Positions 40,632 to 57,694 of a stretch of 64,000 bases of DNA are shown in pieces (positions within the stretch are counted from its first letter, which is position 1; each line of letters starts with the position of its first letter). Position numbers and translations under genes: made by a program. The notes under the pieces are model-generated. The model saw nothing but the letters and a program-made list of their open reading frames with translations, did no database searches and was not told where the DNA came from. This DNA comes from Octopus vulgaris (lineage: Eukaryota), in the NCBI GenBank assembly GCA_951406725.2, contig OX597818.1:9424001-9488000 (forward strand), in the 5' to 3' direction.

Positions 40632-40997
40632 GGCGGCGAGCTGGTAGAAACGTTAGCAAGCCGGGTGAAATGCTTAGCGTTATTTCGTCTACCGATACGT
40701 TCTGAGTTCAAATTCGGCCGAGGACAACTTTGCCTTTCATCCTTTCGGGGTCGATTAAATACGTACCAGATACGCACTGGGGCCGATATAATCGACTTAA
40801 TCCGTTTGACTGTCCTTGTTTGTCCCCTCTGTGTGTAGCCACTTGTGGGCAGTAAAAAAGTAAGAAACGTTAGCACGCCGGGCGAAACGCTTAGCGGTAT
40901 TTCGTCTGCGTTACGTTCCGAGTTCAAATTCCGCCGAAGTTGACTTTGCCTTTCATCCTTTCGGTATGTTTAGCCCCTTGTGGGCAATAAAGAAATA
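40632..40997 (+). mobile_element. SINE family B, full unit plus partial second unit
   Basis: GGCGGCGAGCTGGTAGAAACGTTAGC head, GTTCAAATTC B-box; second unit restarts at AGAAACGTTAGC (about 40864) with an internal deletion. Confidence 0.88.
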
Positions 40998-41536
40998 AGA
41001 AACGAAATAGCGATACACAACAAATAAAAAAATAGTAAAAAGCTTAAAGGGAACTAGAAATAGCTGTTGAATTTCTGTCCCACCACGCCAGGGATACTGA
41101 AAAGTAATGGAGATGGGGCATGGCTGCATTTTCTTTAAATCGTGGTAAATTCCGAGGTGACTGGCTCTATGAATTTTTAAGGTTGAGGGTACAATCGAGT
41201 AGACAGAACTAAGCATTTGAGTAGTACCAAAGTTTGTCGTACACGAATGAATATTCCTGTTGGCTTACGCAAAAAGTGAATGCAGAAAGAAATGAAATAC
41301 CAGTAATCAATTTTGTCCAGTACTTTAAAGATTGTACTTATAACACTCAGCTGTAATTGGAACAAAGTAAACTATTTTGTTGCTTGTTGGGCAAAGAAGT
41401 ATTTTTCTTTCTTTTTTTTTTATTCATGCAACATTGTAAACCAACAATCTCTACGGAATTGCAATAACAATGAGAATGTTATTTTTTAAAATTTGATTGG
41501 AATTTTTAAATACATACACACACATATATACATACA

Positions 41537-41571
<35 letters not shown>

Positions 41572-41629
41572 GTTTCGTCTTTCGTTTTTTCGTAAACTCT
41601 CCCATACATACATATATACATGTATATTC

Positions 41630-41669
<40 letters not shown>

Positions 41670-41830
41670 TGTATACACATGCTTGTATTTATACAGACAC
41701 ATACATATACATATGTATATACATACATACATACATATATACATGCATATATATATATATATAGTGTATACACAAGCATATATATCTACAGACACATACA
41801 TACACGGAGATAGACACACATGTTTATATG

Positions 41831-41865
<35 letters not shown>

Positions 41866-42611
41866 GTTTAAATATGACCATTCCGAAATATAACAATATA
41901 TATATATATATATACATTTATGCATGTATGCGCACATTAGCTTTGTTTACACTTTCATCTGTTTACTTATTCATACAGACATTTCTGTGTTTATTTATTT
42001 TGTTGTTTGTGCTTCATATTTTTCTAATCGTTCATCGTATTTTGTTTTCTTTTGTATTATTATGTCAGCTGATTTTAATTAATTATGATTAAGCCCTGTA
42101 CACTGCCATACTGAGGAAATCAATTAATAATTTGCATGGCTTGGAGAAGCAATATTACATTAACAAGCATGAAAACTTAATAACACTAATATTTCAACAG
42201 TTGACTAATACAGTTATCGTGCGACGATAATGAACTAATTGTTATTGTGACTAATTACAGTTGATATTATGAGTCAGTCCATCGCAGAGCAGTGATATCC
42301 GCAAGGGAATATAAAATAAAATAAAAATAAAATGTATAGATGAGGTGGGAATAGACATTTAGAAATTTCATCTCTACCTCTTGTTACAGCTATTGTCAAT
42401 ATTGTCATTATCGTCGCTGTTGCTGTTATCATTGTTATTAATAACGTTGCCTTAATGTTATCGCAGAGCTGTTGTTGCTTTTAATTTTTATCTAATTGCT
42501 GCTGTTAAACAGTGTGGGGGTGAATCGGGAAAAACACTAAGGCAGCACATTATGATTTTTTTTCTTTTTATCTCCATTTATTTATTTGATTATTTATTTT
42601 TGTACCTCTAC

Positions 42612-42659
42612 CTTCTGCGTTCCAATCCTTCTCATTTAGAATTTGCATTCTTCTGGAGC
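42612..42659 (-). other. Candidate 48-nt exon
   Basis: Minus strand ttgctctactgttatctttacag|GCTCCAGAAG...AACGCAGAAG|gtagag; the only open frame is phase 1 (SRRMQILNEKDWNAE); donor is weak. Confidence 0.25.
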
Positions 42660-42882
42660 CTGTAAAGATAACAGTAGAGCAATGCGTGTCATTCAATCAG
42701 CGATAGTGCAGCTTTTGCCCTACTGAGGCCTTCTCTAATCATGAAATCAACATGACTACATGTGAATATCATAATCGAATGTTGGAGCGTCTTTGATTTC
42801 GCTGATTTTGCATATGTCAACAGGCATAAACAGCTCTTTGTACGCACACACTCACATACACACATATATGTCTATGTATGAA

Positions 42883-43270
42883 TCTTTTATCTTTTAACCA
42901 TTGACTTACTTCGGTCACTGGACAGCGGCCATGCTGGGGTAGCTCCTTTAAAGGTTTAGTTGAACAAATCGACTACAGTACATTTTTTTAAAGCCAGGCA
43001 CTTATTTTATTGAACTTTTTGCCGAAGCGCTAGCTTACGTATTCAAACACTGGTTTCCAAGCTGTCGTAGGGACAAACAAGCGGATACAAACGCACACAT
43101 ACACTCACATGTACCTATTGGACGGGCTTGTTTCTAATGCCAAATCACCAGGCTTTGGTCGACCTGGGTATATATTAAAATATGCTTGCCAGCAGTGCCA
43201 CGCAGTGGGACTGAACCCAGAACTATATGGGTGAGAATCAATCTTCCTACCGCTCAACCACAACTTGCCA
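42883..43270 (-). mobile_element. SINE family A, degenerate
   Basis: GCGGCCATGCTGG, TTTGCCGAA and GTGCCACGCAGTGGGACTGAACCC are reverse-complement family A motifs. Confidence 0.78.
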
Positions 43271-44231
43271 GTGCTTGTGGATATACTGCAACATACCTAT
43301 TCGTCAAATACGCATTGAGAAAATACGTACAAGCTTGTAAAATAATTGCAGTTGTGTACGTGCACGGCCAAACTTTTGAAGCCTGAACCCTATCAATTTA
43401 TGTACAGTATTAGAATTTCAATAATTACATTATTACTGCTGTGATAAAGAAGCATACTATAGCATGATAGCAACTGACATAAGATTTGGGCAGTGACGTT
43501 TCTCATGTGTATTATTGGTAGAATTGTTTTCGCTGGCACAGCGAAACTTTAATATTTTCCTTTTTCATGCATTATGACATATAATATGTAAGTGATGAAA
43601 GACTGGAACATTAATTACAAAAGGAATTACATGCATGGAAAATAAATATATTTGAGTAATGTAATACAATATAGGATAAATCAATTAAAAAAACATCTTA
43701 TACACACGGATTTTAAATATAATGTTTTCGTGCATCAGGACATATCTGATTGAAGGCTGGGAACTGAAACATCAAGATTGTTCACAAAAATCATAAAAAA
43801 ATCTAGAGAATCTCCTTATTTTTTTATGCGGTAAAACAATACAGTTTGAAACTCAATTCGAGTGGATTGGATTATAAAGATAAGCCAAATCACTCTAGAA
43901 CGTAAATAAACTATTCTTTGAAAATAGCCAAAATTATATAATTGCACGTGAAAGAAAATGTCGAAGCATTGATATTTATACATTGAAATTATCTAATTCT
44001 CTATATTCTTATTGCAATATATATATATATCAAACGATAAAAATTTACACATGAAAAATAACCACTCAAGGCATTACGGGTAAATATCCATTGATGACGC
44101 AATAGCTGAACAGATTATTCAATAAATGGGATGTACAATGGCAGAATGGCGTTAATAAAGATGCTGTGACGTAACAGTGACCTCATTCCTTACAATCTTC
44201 TATCTAATGTCCTTGCACACACACACACACA

Positions 44232-44278
<47 letters not shown>

Positions 44279-45079
44279 ATTCTCTCTCTTTCATTCTCTC
44301 TCTTTATTTTTCTCCATTTCCTATTATGACCATCAATGTCATCAGCACCAAGGCTAAAAATAACCTACGTGACTGTCTGACAACATCTCTTCAATATCAA
44401 GCGTTTCCTATTATTTGATTTACTCCTCCTTTACGTAATACATTTTAACAAAAGTAAACGTAGCTTTTAATAAATATATTTTATAAATAACAAACACACA
44501 TTACATTAAAATTTAAGTTTATTCCAAGCTGCACCTCAGCCTCTTTACTGCTGTTTGCATCATCGTATGAGCGAAACTTGGGAGAGAGGAGAAAAAGAAA
44601 CGAGGGGGTTTTCGAAGCCATGAAGAAAATGAGAATAAAGAAGGATGTTGAAACGGTTCACGTTCTCCACAATAACGTGAAACAATATACAACTTTGGCA
44701 ACAATAGCCAAAAATTGGACTGGTCATTGATCACCATCCATCGTACTTAACAGATCTAGCGCTCTTCGAAATCCAGCTGATAAAGTGTACAAGGGTGGCA
44801 AAATCATGACGACACGAAATGAAACATCAGATTTTATGAAAGAGTTTTGGAAATTTGCTTTCATCGCTGAATGAAATGTATTGATTCAGATGCGGACACT
44901 GTCGAGTAATACCTTTCTATAGAGATAGAGTTACGCGATAGACTGTAGAGCTTACACTACATGTGTCAATAATACAACAATTTTGCATATGTTTGCCTAA
45001 ATTTCGGTATAACCCTTTCATTGTACATTATACATGTACTAGAGTGTTACCCTTCACACGACGCATAACTTTAAAAATA

Positions 45080-45303
45080 TAGTAATTCCTCGTCATATCG
45101 CGGTTCACCTATCGCGGTTTATTATTTAAGCTTACGTCGATTATTCCATGGTGGTGCTTTGTATTTATAATAAAATGAATATATACAAATTATAAAAGCA
45201 ATTTAACATATATATACAGTACATTACTGTTTCTACTTCGCAGATTTTCACCGAACGCGTAGGGATTGGGAACGTAACACCCGTGATAGTCAAGGGGTTA
45301 CTG
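45080..45303. mobile_element. Tigger/pogo-like MITE
   Basis: TA-flanked termini tAGTAATTCCTCGTCATATCGCGG and CCGTGATAGTCAAGGGGTTACTG (imperfect CAGTA-type TIRs). Confidence 0.7.
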
Positions 45304-46364
45304 TATTCTCTTGATACCATGTCTAACAGAAAATATAGATTACACACTATAATGTCACCTAATTTTTATCAAATTAATCGTTTTCGTTAGTGCTGCTAAC
45401 CTGCATTGCTTTTCTTCTGTATTTTCTTACATTGCGTAGCTTCAAGAAACAATTGAAAACAGAAAATTAATACTTCACTTACGTCCGTTTCATTAAATAA
45501 TATAGACCAAGATTGCAAATACAATGATATATAAGTAACTTTTCCAATGCAAATGGAGAACAAATATTGAAGAAAGGCAACTTTGACTATTTTTTCAAAT
45601 GCAAATGGAAAACAGATGTTGAAGAAATGATAGAATGTTTACCGGTGTTAACTTTCTACTGGCTTTTTTGTTCAATATTCCACATACGTAAGACACGTAG
45701 AGGAAAGGTTGGATCTATTCTTTAACATGCCGGTCCGAGGATTGAAAAAAAGGAATTTTTAAAGTGGTGCTGATAAATTAGTGATGTATGAAGTTCTTTG
45801 GAATGGTGGGTTACTTGTTTTTAGATTACCCAAGATTATAAAATTTGTGGGAAAGTCATCTCCGTTTAATTATTGACATGGGCATAATTCGTGAACTCGA
45901 CCATCGCTGGCTTTGAGTTTGTATGTAAAGAAAAATCACTAAATACCAAAGATAACGTAATTCTAACATAATTACAAGGCCAAAAATAAAGAAAACAGTA
46001 TGTTATGTTGACACCAGAACTTGACTGCCTCTTACCTTATCAATGACAGAAATATCCATTTGTTTCTTTTACCATATTTTCTATATTAATTCCTATCGAA
46101 CTAAAGGGTTTTGTATTGAGTTCAATTACAGCTAGAACTGCTTTTGCTCTTCATCATTGCTCATTCTTCACCAGCGATATACGGAGTTCAATTCTGTCAT
46201 TATTCCCAATATTCAACTTCTACTTGTTAAAGAAATCAACGTTATGAACTTGTAGGTGTAAGCAATTTTGTGGTTTCGCTTGGAATCCCAGGGTTTTCTA
46301 TACAGAATGAGCCTCGGTGAAGGTTTATACGTAAAACAAGAAAGCCTTTACACCTAGCATCTCT

Positions 46365-46535
46365 GCTTAGCGGTATTTCGTCCGTCGTTACCGTCTTCGT
46401 TCATATTCCGCCGAGGATGACTTTCATCCCTTCAGTGTCGATAAAACGAGTACCAGTTCAGCGCTAGGATAGATTACATTGATTTAGCCCCACCTTCAAT
46501 AAAACTGCTGGACTTGGACCAAAATTTGAAACCAA
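46365..46535 (+). mobile_element. SINE family B-related fragment
   Basis: TGCTTAGCGGTATTTCGTC...TTCCGCCGAGG...TTTCATCCCTTCAGTGTCGATAAAACGAGTACCAG. Confidence 0.7.
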
Positions 46536-47841
46536 TATATGCTAACAAGACTTCATCGAATCTATCTACTGTAACCAAATATAATTTCATGAAACCTAAC
46601 TTGTCTAACTTAAACTAACTTAAATTAATTAGATTGGAATTGGTTAGCATTCAAAAAGAAAGATTCGGTAGTCTGATGGCTTATATTGTCGTTAATTTTG
46701 AAATATTTCAAAATTGATAGTTTAAAAGATAAAAAAAGCAATGATTTAATTTCTCTTATTTTTCTTGTTTTCAAATTATCTGAGAAATGAAACAGCCATT
46801 TGTGGTATGTCTCTCTAGTATGTATTAGATATATACTGCTGAATTTTTAACAAAATCATTTTATTATTCTATGGAGCTACACTGAGTTGCTTATATTTAT
46901 ATGTTACAGAATTTATGATTATATGGTTACATGTCAGTGTTTTGTTTACTGGTAAATTGCTGATATGTTTCGAACTCTCTTGAAGTTGTCAAAACTTCTC
47001 TTACAGAATTGTTACTTTCCCCAAAGTGAGATATTTTAAACATGGATTCGAAACTGCATGACCAAACTGTTTCCTTCTTCGCCTTCTTGCGGCATACCTT
47101 AATAGATTTCTTTGTTTTAAAGATTTTTTATGGCTGAACCAAACAGGACATTTATCAAGGCCATCGGATGCACTGAAAATCAGGAGGACGAATTCTTGCA
47201 AGAGAATATATTCTGCTAAAAATATCCAGAGATCAAGTCGTCGCGTTAAACCGATTGTAAGATTAAATTTATAAGTGAGTATGGCAGGATTAAGTGTGGA
47301 GACATACGGACATACACTTAGTCGCAACGTAATGTTTTCCCTTATTCAGGCACAATGCCAGCAATTTCGAGGGACGCATATCAGTCGATACAATGGATAG
47401 GATACTTCCCGGTATTTGCTTCGGCTCTTCGCTACATGAGTTCAAATTTCGAGGAGATCAATTTTACCATACATCGCTACAAGGCCGATAAAATCTGTAC
47501 CAAAGAAGTGTCATGGCGGAAATATAACAAAGTTTGACCGGAAGCGTCGAGTATTTGTTTCGGACCTTTTCATTACGAGTTCGAATCCTGCTGTAGCTTA
47601 GCTTACATGGCTTGTAGATTTTAACTCGTCTCTCGATTCAATACTGCCTCCTGATGGCTTTGAGTTCATCCTATAGCAAGCATTTGAGCAATGTCTCCAA
47701 TTTAAGAATGCGCTCTTCTTTCCTTCCCTACTAGTCTCAGAAGCTCTACAAAGACTCACAATCATTGTCTTTCCCATGACTAAATATCTGAAAGAATGCA
47801 ACGTATTGTAAAAGGGATAAGATGTAGGTTCTTCTTTGATG

Positions 47842-47894
<53 letters not shown>

Positions 47895-47898
47895 TATA

Positions 47899-47934
<36 letters not shown>

Positions 47935-47979
47935 TGTATGTATGTATGTATGTATGCATGTATGCATGTATGCGTGTGT

Positions 47980-48224
47980 GCCCGTCGTATATATATACAT
48001 GTATGTGTGTGTGTGTATACATTTGTGTGTCTGTGTCTGTCCCCCCAACATCGCTTGACAACCGATGCTGGCGTGGTTACGTCCCAGTTCTCCATAAGGA
48101 ACCGATCGAATAAGTACTAAGCTTACAAATAATAAGGCCTGGGGCGATTTGTTCGACTAAAGGCGGTGCTCCAGCATGGTCACAGTCAAATGAATGAAAC
48201 AAGTAAAGAGTAAAGAGTAAAGAG
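47980..48224 (+). mobile_element. SINE family A, 3' half
   Basis: GCCCGTCGTAT...GCTTGACAACCGATGCTGG...CCAGCATGGTCACAGTCAAATGAATGAAACAAGTAAAGAG. Confidence 0.82.
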
Positions 48225-48984
48225 AGTATTGATAGAAGTTTTGATTCAATTGCTTTCGGCATAAAATCGAGAACAGTATTTTTTATTTCTCTAAAGTATA
48301 TATAGGCATCTGCTCAATGGGTTAACGAAACTTAAGCTTTGCCTCAAGCCTTGAAACTCATTTAACCAGACACTACCACAGTTCTGACTCGTTAGGGTGG
48401 CTATCAGTTCTAGGTTTCATTTATCTAAATAGGATACCTATACGCCAAAGGCTAAATAAACACCAGCTGGTGACGGACTTACAAAAGAGAACACAGTTCA
48501 TAATGTACTATTAAATGCCCTTAAGAAGACCGGGAGATCTTGAATGGAAATCTTGAATGAAATGTATATCACCAGGGTGCTGTTAGATCGGTGCTTACCT
48601 TTCGCTAAACTACAACATCAACGCAATGTCCAACGCGGACATGTTTCGCTTGACCTGTGAGAAATAGCATTCAAATTTCCCTCAACTCATACTTCACATT
48701 CTGAAAAACAGGTTTCATTAGATAATATAACCTCAGAAAAAGTGAATGGTCACGTCTGAAATGGGTTTCCTTATGGGTTTGCTTTATCACGATTAACCTC
48801 TGGTTCAACATAAGTAATAAAGTGAAGATGGCTATGGTAAAGCACGTCTCTAAAACCAAGATAAAGCCTGCCAAATTAACCGAATACCAGAACATTACAA
48901 AAACGAAGATAAATAAGGATAAGTAGATGGGATTATTTCGTTGTTTTTGTACTTGCCCCTGTTATTGTTATTGACGTTGTTTGT

Positions 48985-49205
48985 GTTGGTGTTATTGTTG
49001 TTGTTGTTGTTGTTCTTCTTCTTCTTCTTCTTCTTCTTCTTCTTCTTCTTCTTCTTCTTCTTCTTCTTCTTCTTCGTACGTCGTGGTATTCGTCGCCGTC
49101 GTAGTTGTCATCGTCATCGTTGTCATTATCATCATCACCATCATCATCATCATCATCATCATCGTCGCCGTCGTCTTCATCGTCAGCGTCATCGACGTCG
49201 TCTTC
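48985..49205. repeat. (TTG)n(TTC)n(ATC)n compound microsatellite
   Basis: Seen directly. Confidence 0.92.
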
Positions 49206-50384
49206 TATGCCAACATTTTTCTCCTATTCAGACGGTCTTATGAACAAAAATCATTCCAGTCATCAACAAATGTGCTCCTGGCTATTTCATCTAATGTGTT
49301 TGATCCATAAGAAGATAAAGAGAAATTAGAAGTTCGCAGGATGCTGTTTATAGTAGAATGAGCAAACATATAGAAGTTCCCTTCCTGGGTGTGTGATCTT
49401 GTATCTCATCAATGATAGATACAAGACCGGGATAGCGAACATTTGTCGCTCGAATTATTGTGCGGTTGAATAATTTACAATCTAAATCACTCTGAGCTTT
49501 CCTGTAAAGAAGGCAAAGTGACAAAGACAATGACATTAACACCAGAAAGAATCGGAAGGAAGTTGACACTGAAAAACTGAATGTAAGTAGCCAATGTCTC
49601 TCACTTCACTACTAAACTACCATTTGTCAACGGTAGCGATTCCTACTGACTTTTACAGTAAATGAGAGCATTTACGCTTGTGATTCCTAAAACAAGAACA
49701 TTTATTATTGACTGGAATGGAATCTGCTCTATAAAGCTACATTTTGAATTATGATATGCATTTTGTGTCAGTGCTCAGATATATGCTAAGTCTATGAAAT
49801 CTCCAGAGATTACAAGGTGCCTTATTCATTTGAGAGGAAAGCTTTCTTTCAGAACTTGTCTTCAGTAGATTGTCAGAATAGGAAATATGAGAAAAATGTG
49901 AACTAAGAGTAAACATTCGACATGAGAATTATGTTCTAACACACACGGCGCTCAACTGATTGGGTAGGGAAGTTTATCGATCAAATTCCTCACTGTCAAT
50001 ATAGTGTCATTAAAAACGTGACTGACTATTACCATGAATTTAATATATGCGTTAACAATATCATGTAATTCAGAATATTACGAATGGCACTTTCAAGCCA
50101 ATTATTATAAAATAACTTTCTGAAATCGTTGTTCTGAAGTTGCTATGCCTGACGCAACTGTGTGCCATGAGTTTGAAATTCACAGAGTTTAAAGAGTGGT
50201 AATATATTCGTAGATATAATGTAGGAGGAGAAACTTATAAACCCACCCTCGACAAATAAAGCAGAATCTCTTTCACTGCTGAATTTTAGCAAACAATTGA
50301 TATGCAGCATACTTTAGATCAACATTACCACAGGCACCATTGCAAAATTGATCCGATAATATTTGGTTGTAAGTCAAGGGTCGC

Positions 50385-50640
50385 TGGAATGTGGTTTAGT
50401 GGTTAGGGTGTTGTTCTCAGGATTGGAAGATTTTGATTAGGATGATGTTCTCAGGATTGGAAGATTGTGGTTTCTATATGGATACCAGGCAAGGTGCTGT
50501 GTTCTTCAGCAAAACACTCCATTTCCCGTTCCTCCCCAATCTACTCACCTGGTAGATATGGATAATCATGTGATAGACCGGCGTCTCGTCTCAGAAGGGA
50601 ATATGTACACAACATAATACATGAAATCAGCCTTCTGAAC
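50385..50640 (+). mobile_element. tRNA-derived SINE (V/CORE-like), degenerate
   Basis: GTGGTTTAGTGGTTAGGGTGTTG head; TGTGTTCTTCAGCAAAACACT as in the 25790 SINE; internal 21-bp duplication TGTTCTCAGGATTGGAAGATT. Confidence 0.6.
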
Positions 50641-50878
50641 CTATGAATAAGTTACGGGCAAAAATTTATTTTCTCGAAATCTATTTTAACTGTTTAGATT
50701 TATAAAGAAAACATTCATCCGGCACATTCCATCATTTTGTACATAAAGACCTACAGTATCTAAAGTTTACGTTTAGAATTGTTTTGCAGAAAAGAAAGAT
50801 ACGATTTAAAAAGATTTGATTATTGCTGCGCTGCACATACATCTCCAAAGAACACGCACACATATATAGACAAAGACA

Positions 50879-50931
<53 letters not shown>

Positions 50932-51273
50932 ACACGTACGTATACATGTGTATCAGAGTGTCTCTCTGTCTATCGGTGTGAATACATGCCTGTATGAATA
51001 TCTATGTATGTATGCATGCATGCATGCATGTGTACATGTATGTATGTATGTATTATGTATATATAATGCTACGGGTTAATCAATAGTTTTTATATCAATA
51101 GTACGTATCAAATGGAATTAAATTCAAAGCCTACCAACACAATACCAGATGCTGAAATTTCTGATCCTCAGACACAAGAATAATAGTTTCAAATCTTAGT
51201 GTCAACTTCATCTATAAGAAATAGACTGGGAGATTAGCATTGATGTATGGGTATTAGATCAAAGACATAATAA

Positions 51274-53720
<2,447 letters not shown>

Positions 53721-54199
53721 ACCAATGACTGTTTGCGCGCGTGTACGTTGATATTTTTCTTATAGTTAGTGTATCTGCCATATTGGATCTGATAGATATC
53801 ACACTGATCATCTGATGAAGCTTTTGTGTTAAAGTAACTTTTCTATTGCTAGTATGGAACATAGCTCACTATTCTGTATAACATATACAAATATATGACT
53901 GCTGCAAATGAAAGTTTTACACTGAAACTTCAGCCCAACCTGTCTCTCGTTCGTGTGCGTGCGTGCGTGTGTGTGTGTCTGTGAGGATGTGTGTGTGGGG
54001 GGAGTGTGCATGTGTGTGTGTATGTAAAAATGAATAAAATATATAAGCAAGTGTATTTATATGTACGCACACAGATATGTATACACACTGAATGATATAT
54101 GTGTGGGTGGAGGAACTGTAGATTGCACTGCATGACAGCAATTTCGTTGCTGTAAACTAGCGATACTCACGATTTAGGTAATTTCCTACAGCATTGTGT

Positions 54200-55870
54200 A
54201 ACAACATTGACGCTACCGAGTTAATCTTTGCGAACAAATTTGGCCCACATCACAGCAAGCTTGTTCTTTCCTCTCATGATCAATGGCTTATTCGCACCAA
54301 GCTACAGACACTCCATACAATGATAACTTCTTCTTTATATATATAACTGGCAGAAAACTTATTCGCTCTTAGCTTTGGTCTTTTCTATCAAGCCTTCGTC
54401 ACATCCACAATCAGGAGTTATCTATTTCCCTCTGTGGTTTGTCAATCATTGATCTTCCATTACATTCAAATCTAATGTCAGCTTGCTAAGTCATTGCTGA
54501 TCAAGCTAAAATGCACATTATCGCACCTTCACATGATGCAGCGCATAGCCATCCATCTGCTGCCCACACTTCCCTATGTTTCTGATACTTTTTCTTATAT
54601 TTCAGATATCTGAAGCCACTTTTTTATTGTATTCTCTCCATATTTTCTTCTAATGGCAAGGTTAACCGAATTTCTTTCTCAAGTCACGTTTTGCCATGGG
54701 GTTGCTTTGCTGTGTTTCTTCAATATAATTTGGAAATGCAAGTGCTTCCACAATCCATCCATACCTTCCAATAATTAGTGCAACCAGATTTCTAGAGGTT
54801 GCTTGACGTTTATCTCATCTTCATAGTGCTCTCTTGCGCCTGGCATGTGGGAAGCAGCAGGCTGAAAATTGGTCTCGTTTCTCATCGCTGGAATTGGATT
54901 ATGTTATATTACATATTTACTGCAACAGATTACTCAAGATTTTGATACCTTCCATATTGCCAGATACAACTTCACTAATATGTAACCCCCGGAACGAAAT
55001 CACCAAACATTTCAAAACCACCATGACATATCATTCGGGCATGAAAGAACCTCATACACGGCTGCCAATAGACATTTTGGCTCCAATCTACACAATATCT
55101 GATACTGTGTATATTCACTAAATTTCCAACTCTACATTTTCCACCACACATTCTTCCTATTCAATATTACGAAATACTCTTGCCGGAATATTTTTTTTCC
55201 TGTTTTTTTTTTTTTTTTTTTTTCCTGTGTTATATCTGTCCCACTCCAAATGGCATTCTGTCCTTCATTTCCAGGCTGGAACCATCATTTCATGCCATAT
55301 ATTAATATGCCTGAAAGCAGCATTGTCTATATTTCGTCTTGGGTGTATATTTTCTTTTGATTTTGTGCAAGTAATATTTTCATTTTTTAAATAATTTAGT
55401 TCCCTTTTATATTGATCATTATTTACTGAAATTGATGATTAGTTAGACACTTAAGCAGCCTTAAAGTTTAATACCACCACTCAGAGCCCCAGGTAACTTT
55501 CCTAAACTCGATCCACTTTCAAGAATTTGAAGCACGTGTGGGAGTTCTTGGTGAGTTCACTCATATTACTGCAATCAAAACCATGGAATATCTTTTAAGA
55601 TATTCATCCTGCTAGAAATAGTGGCTTAGCATAATGTCCATCGAATCACACCATAGTGTCTAAATAAAGGCAGGCTTTATACATAATATATTTTCTGATA
55701 TGCAAAAAGATGCGTAAGACATGACTAGAAACCATTTGAACAATTCCGAGAAATTGTAATCTATAAGAAACTATGATTCCTGGAGTCCTTCGCCAAATTT
55801 TTCTCCAGATTCGAAGACAGTAAGATATGGGCGTTGCCATTATATAACAATTTACTCAATCGTCAATCAG
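54200..55870 (-). pseudogene. Highly decayed LINE RT/thumb relic
   Basis: Ordered minus-strand remnants MLSHYF*QDE (YADD-like, about 55605-55635), KVDRV*ESYLGL (about 55490-55530), LLSGILIYGMK*W (about 55280-55320). Confidence 0.35.
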
Positions 55871-56568
55871 TGCCTTATTTTTCGTATTTTGTTTCAGTAA
55901 GTTACTATATCACATCAAATAGCGTCGATATTTTAAAATCTACATCAATGTAAATTATTTATACTAGTCTTATTTCACGAGACCTTTGAAAATTGAAATT
56001 GTTATCCATCGGACTATATATCTTTTCAATGGAACTTATCGCCTTTCCTTTCTAAGGAGAGGTGATTCAAAATTTGATTACAGCTTCCAGCCTATGAAAT
56101 TAATTTTGCGGAAGAATTTGCGTACATTTCCATTGAAACATCAATTACAGGAAATTGTGGACAGGGAATGCGAACATTCAATAATAAGGCTCAAACGCAT
56201 AGAGAGTTATAAATGCATAGACGGACATGCATACACACGTGCTCACATGCACACATGTATATATAGGTATATACAAGCACACACACACATGCACTCACAC
56301 AACTATATTGTTTTCATGTAAGCTCAATCAGAAACCATTTCAGCATCTAAGATTTTACATTAGTAAAGTTAAGTTTGTTATCTAAACTCTAAATCAAGTA
56401 TTGGATATTTCTTTCGTTAATACACACATACATACATACAAATATCTGCACGCATGCATGCGTATGTATGCATGTGTGCAGATATTTGTATGTATGTGTG
56501 TGTAAGTATATATATATATATATATGTCTGTATGTATGTATGAGTATATCTTACCATCACGTTATATC

Positions 56569-56652
<84 letters not shown>

Positions 56653-56705
56653 TGTATGTATGTATGTATGTATGTATACAGAAAAAAAGGGGAGAGACAG
56701 AGAGA

Positions 56706-57020
56706 AGCTGGTGGCCGTGGTGGTAAAGAGTTTAATTCCCAATCACAGGGTTCTGGATTCTGTGGAAGTGTCTTCTACTATAGCCTCGAGCCGACCAAAG
56801 ACTTAGCAGTGGATCTACAAATTGAATGAAGACTGTTGTATATATATACACGTGTGTGTGTGATCTTCACCACTGCTTGGCAACTGGTGTAGGTGTGTTT
56901 ACCTTCCCATAAATTAATGTATGTGGAGTGGTCAACCACTTGCAGGTTAATTTCACGAGCAGGCTGTTCCGTTAATCGGATCAACTGGAACCCTCGTCAC
57001 CGTAACCGATAGAGTGCCAC
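56706..57020 (+). mobile_element. Chimeric SINE: family A 5' part joined to family C 3' tail
   Basis: GTGGCCGTGGTGGTAAAG...AAGTGTCTTCTACTATAGCCTCGAGCCGACCAAAG (A) followed by TTAATTTCACGAGCAGGCTGTTCCGTTAATCGGATCAACTGGAACCCTCGTC (C). Confidence 0.7.
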
Positions 57021-57028
57021 TTATATAT

Positions 57029-57072
<44 letters not shown>

Positions 57073-57076
<4 letters not shown>

Positions 57077-57694
57077 CAAGTATTCGTGTATTTATTTATG
57101 TATGCATAACTATAGTATTCGTTGGGAAAAGAATATGAAGAGAAACCGAGTACCATGTTTTTACAACCCCAGCAGGACACCTCCTCCAAGTGGTTAATGA
57201 CAATACTCGTGTCCTATATACTGCAAGCAAGGGAGGGAACCCCTCATACTCAGCGGTTACAAGACCAGTAGACCAGAACTGGTGTCAGAGATTTAGCCTT
57301 CCTCAGTACTGGGCACCTGTCTGCTAGAAACATATGTGATGACACGAGGGTTAGTAGTTAATTTGCTGAGCTTAAGATCATAAGACCCTAGGTTCAATTC
57401 CCGGACAATCTTATGTATTGCTTTTTTTTAGCACCAGGCTTCATTCTATGTCCCATCACAGTCAGCTAAAATTATGATTACCAGCAGAGTACTGGTGCAT
57501 TAGTCCGACGCCACTTCAAACTCAAAGTTCCTGAATGTTCCACTGCGTGAAATTCAAGTAGTGTGACAATACCTCTGTCTGCCCATGGTTATGTACGCAC
57601 CAAAATCAACTTGTAAACACATGGTACTCGGTTTCTGTTCATATTCTTTCCGAATGAATACTATGGTTATACATACATAAATAACTATATGCAT

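Noticed and set aside
48636-48725. Minus-strand CTAATGA...GAA-ACATGT-C hammerhead-like pair
   Set aside because: Core mutated, stem II register offset and stem I absent; could be chance.
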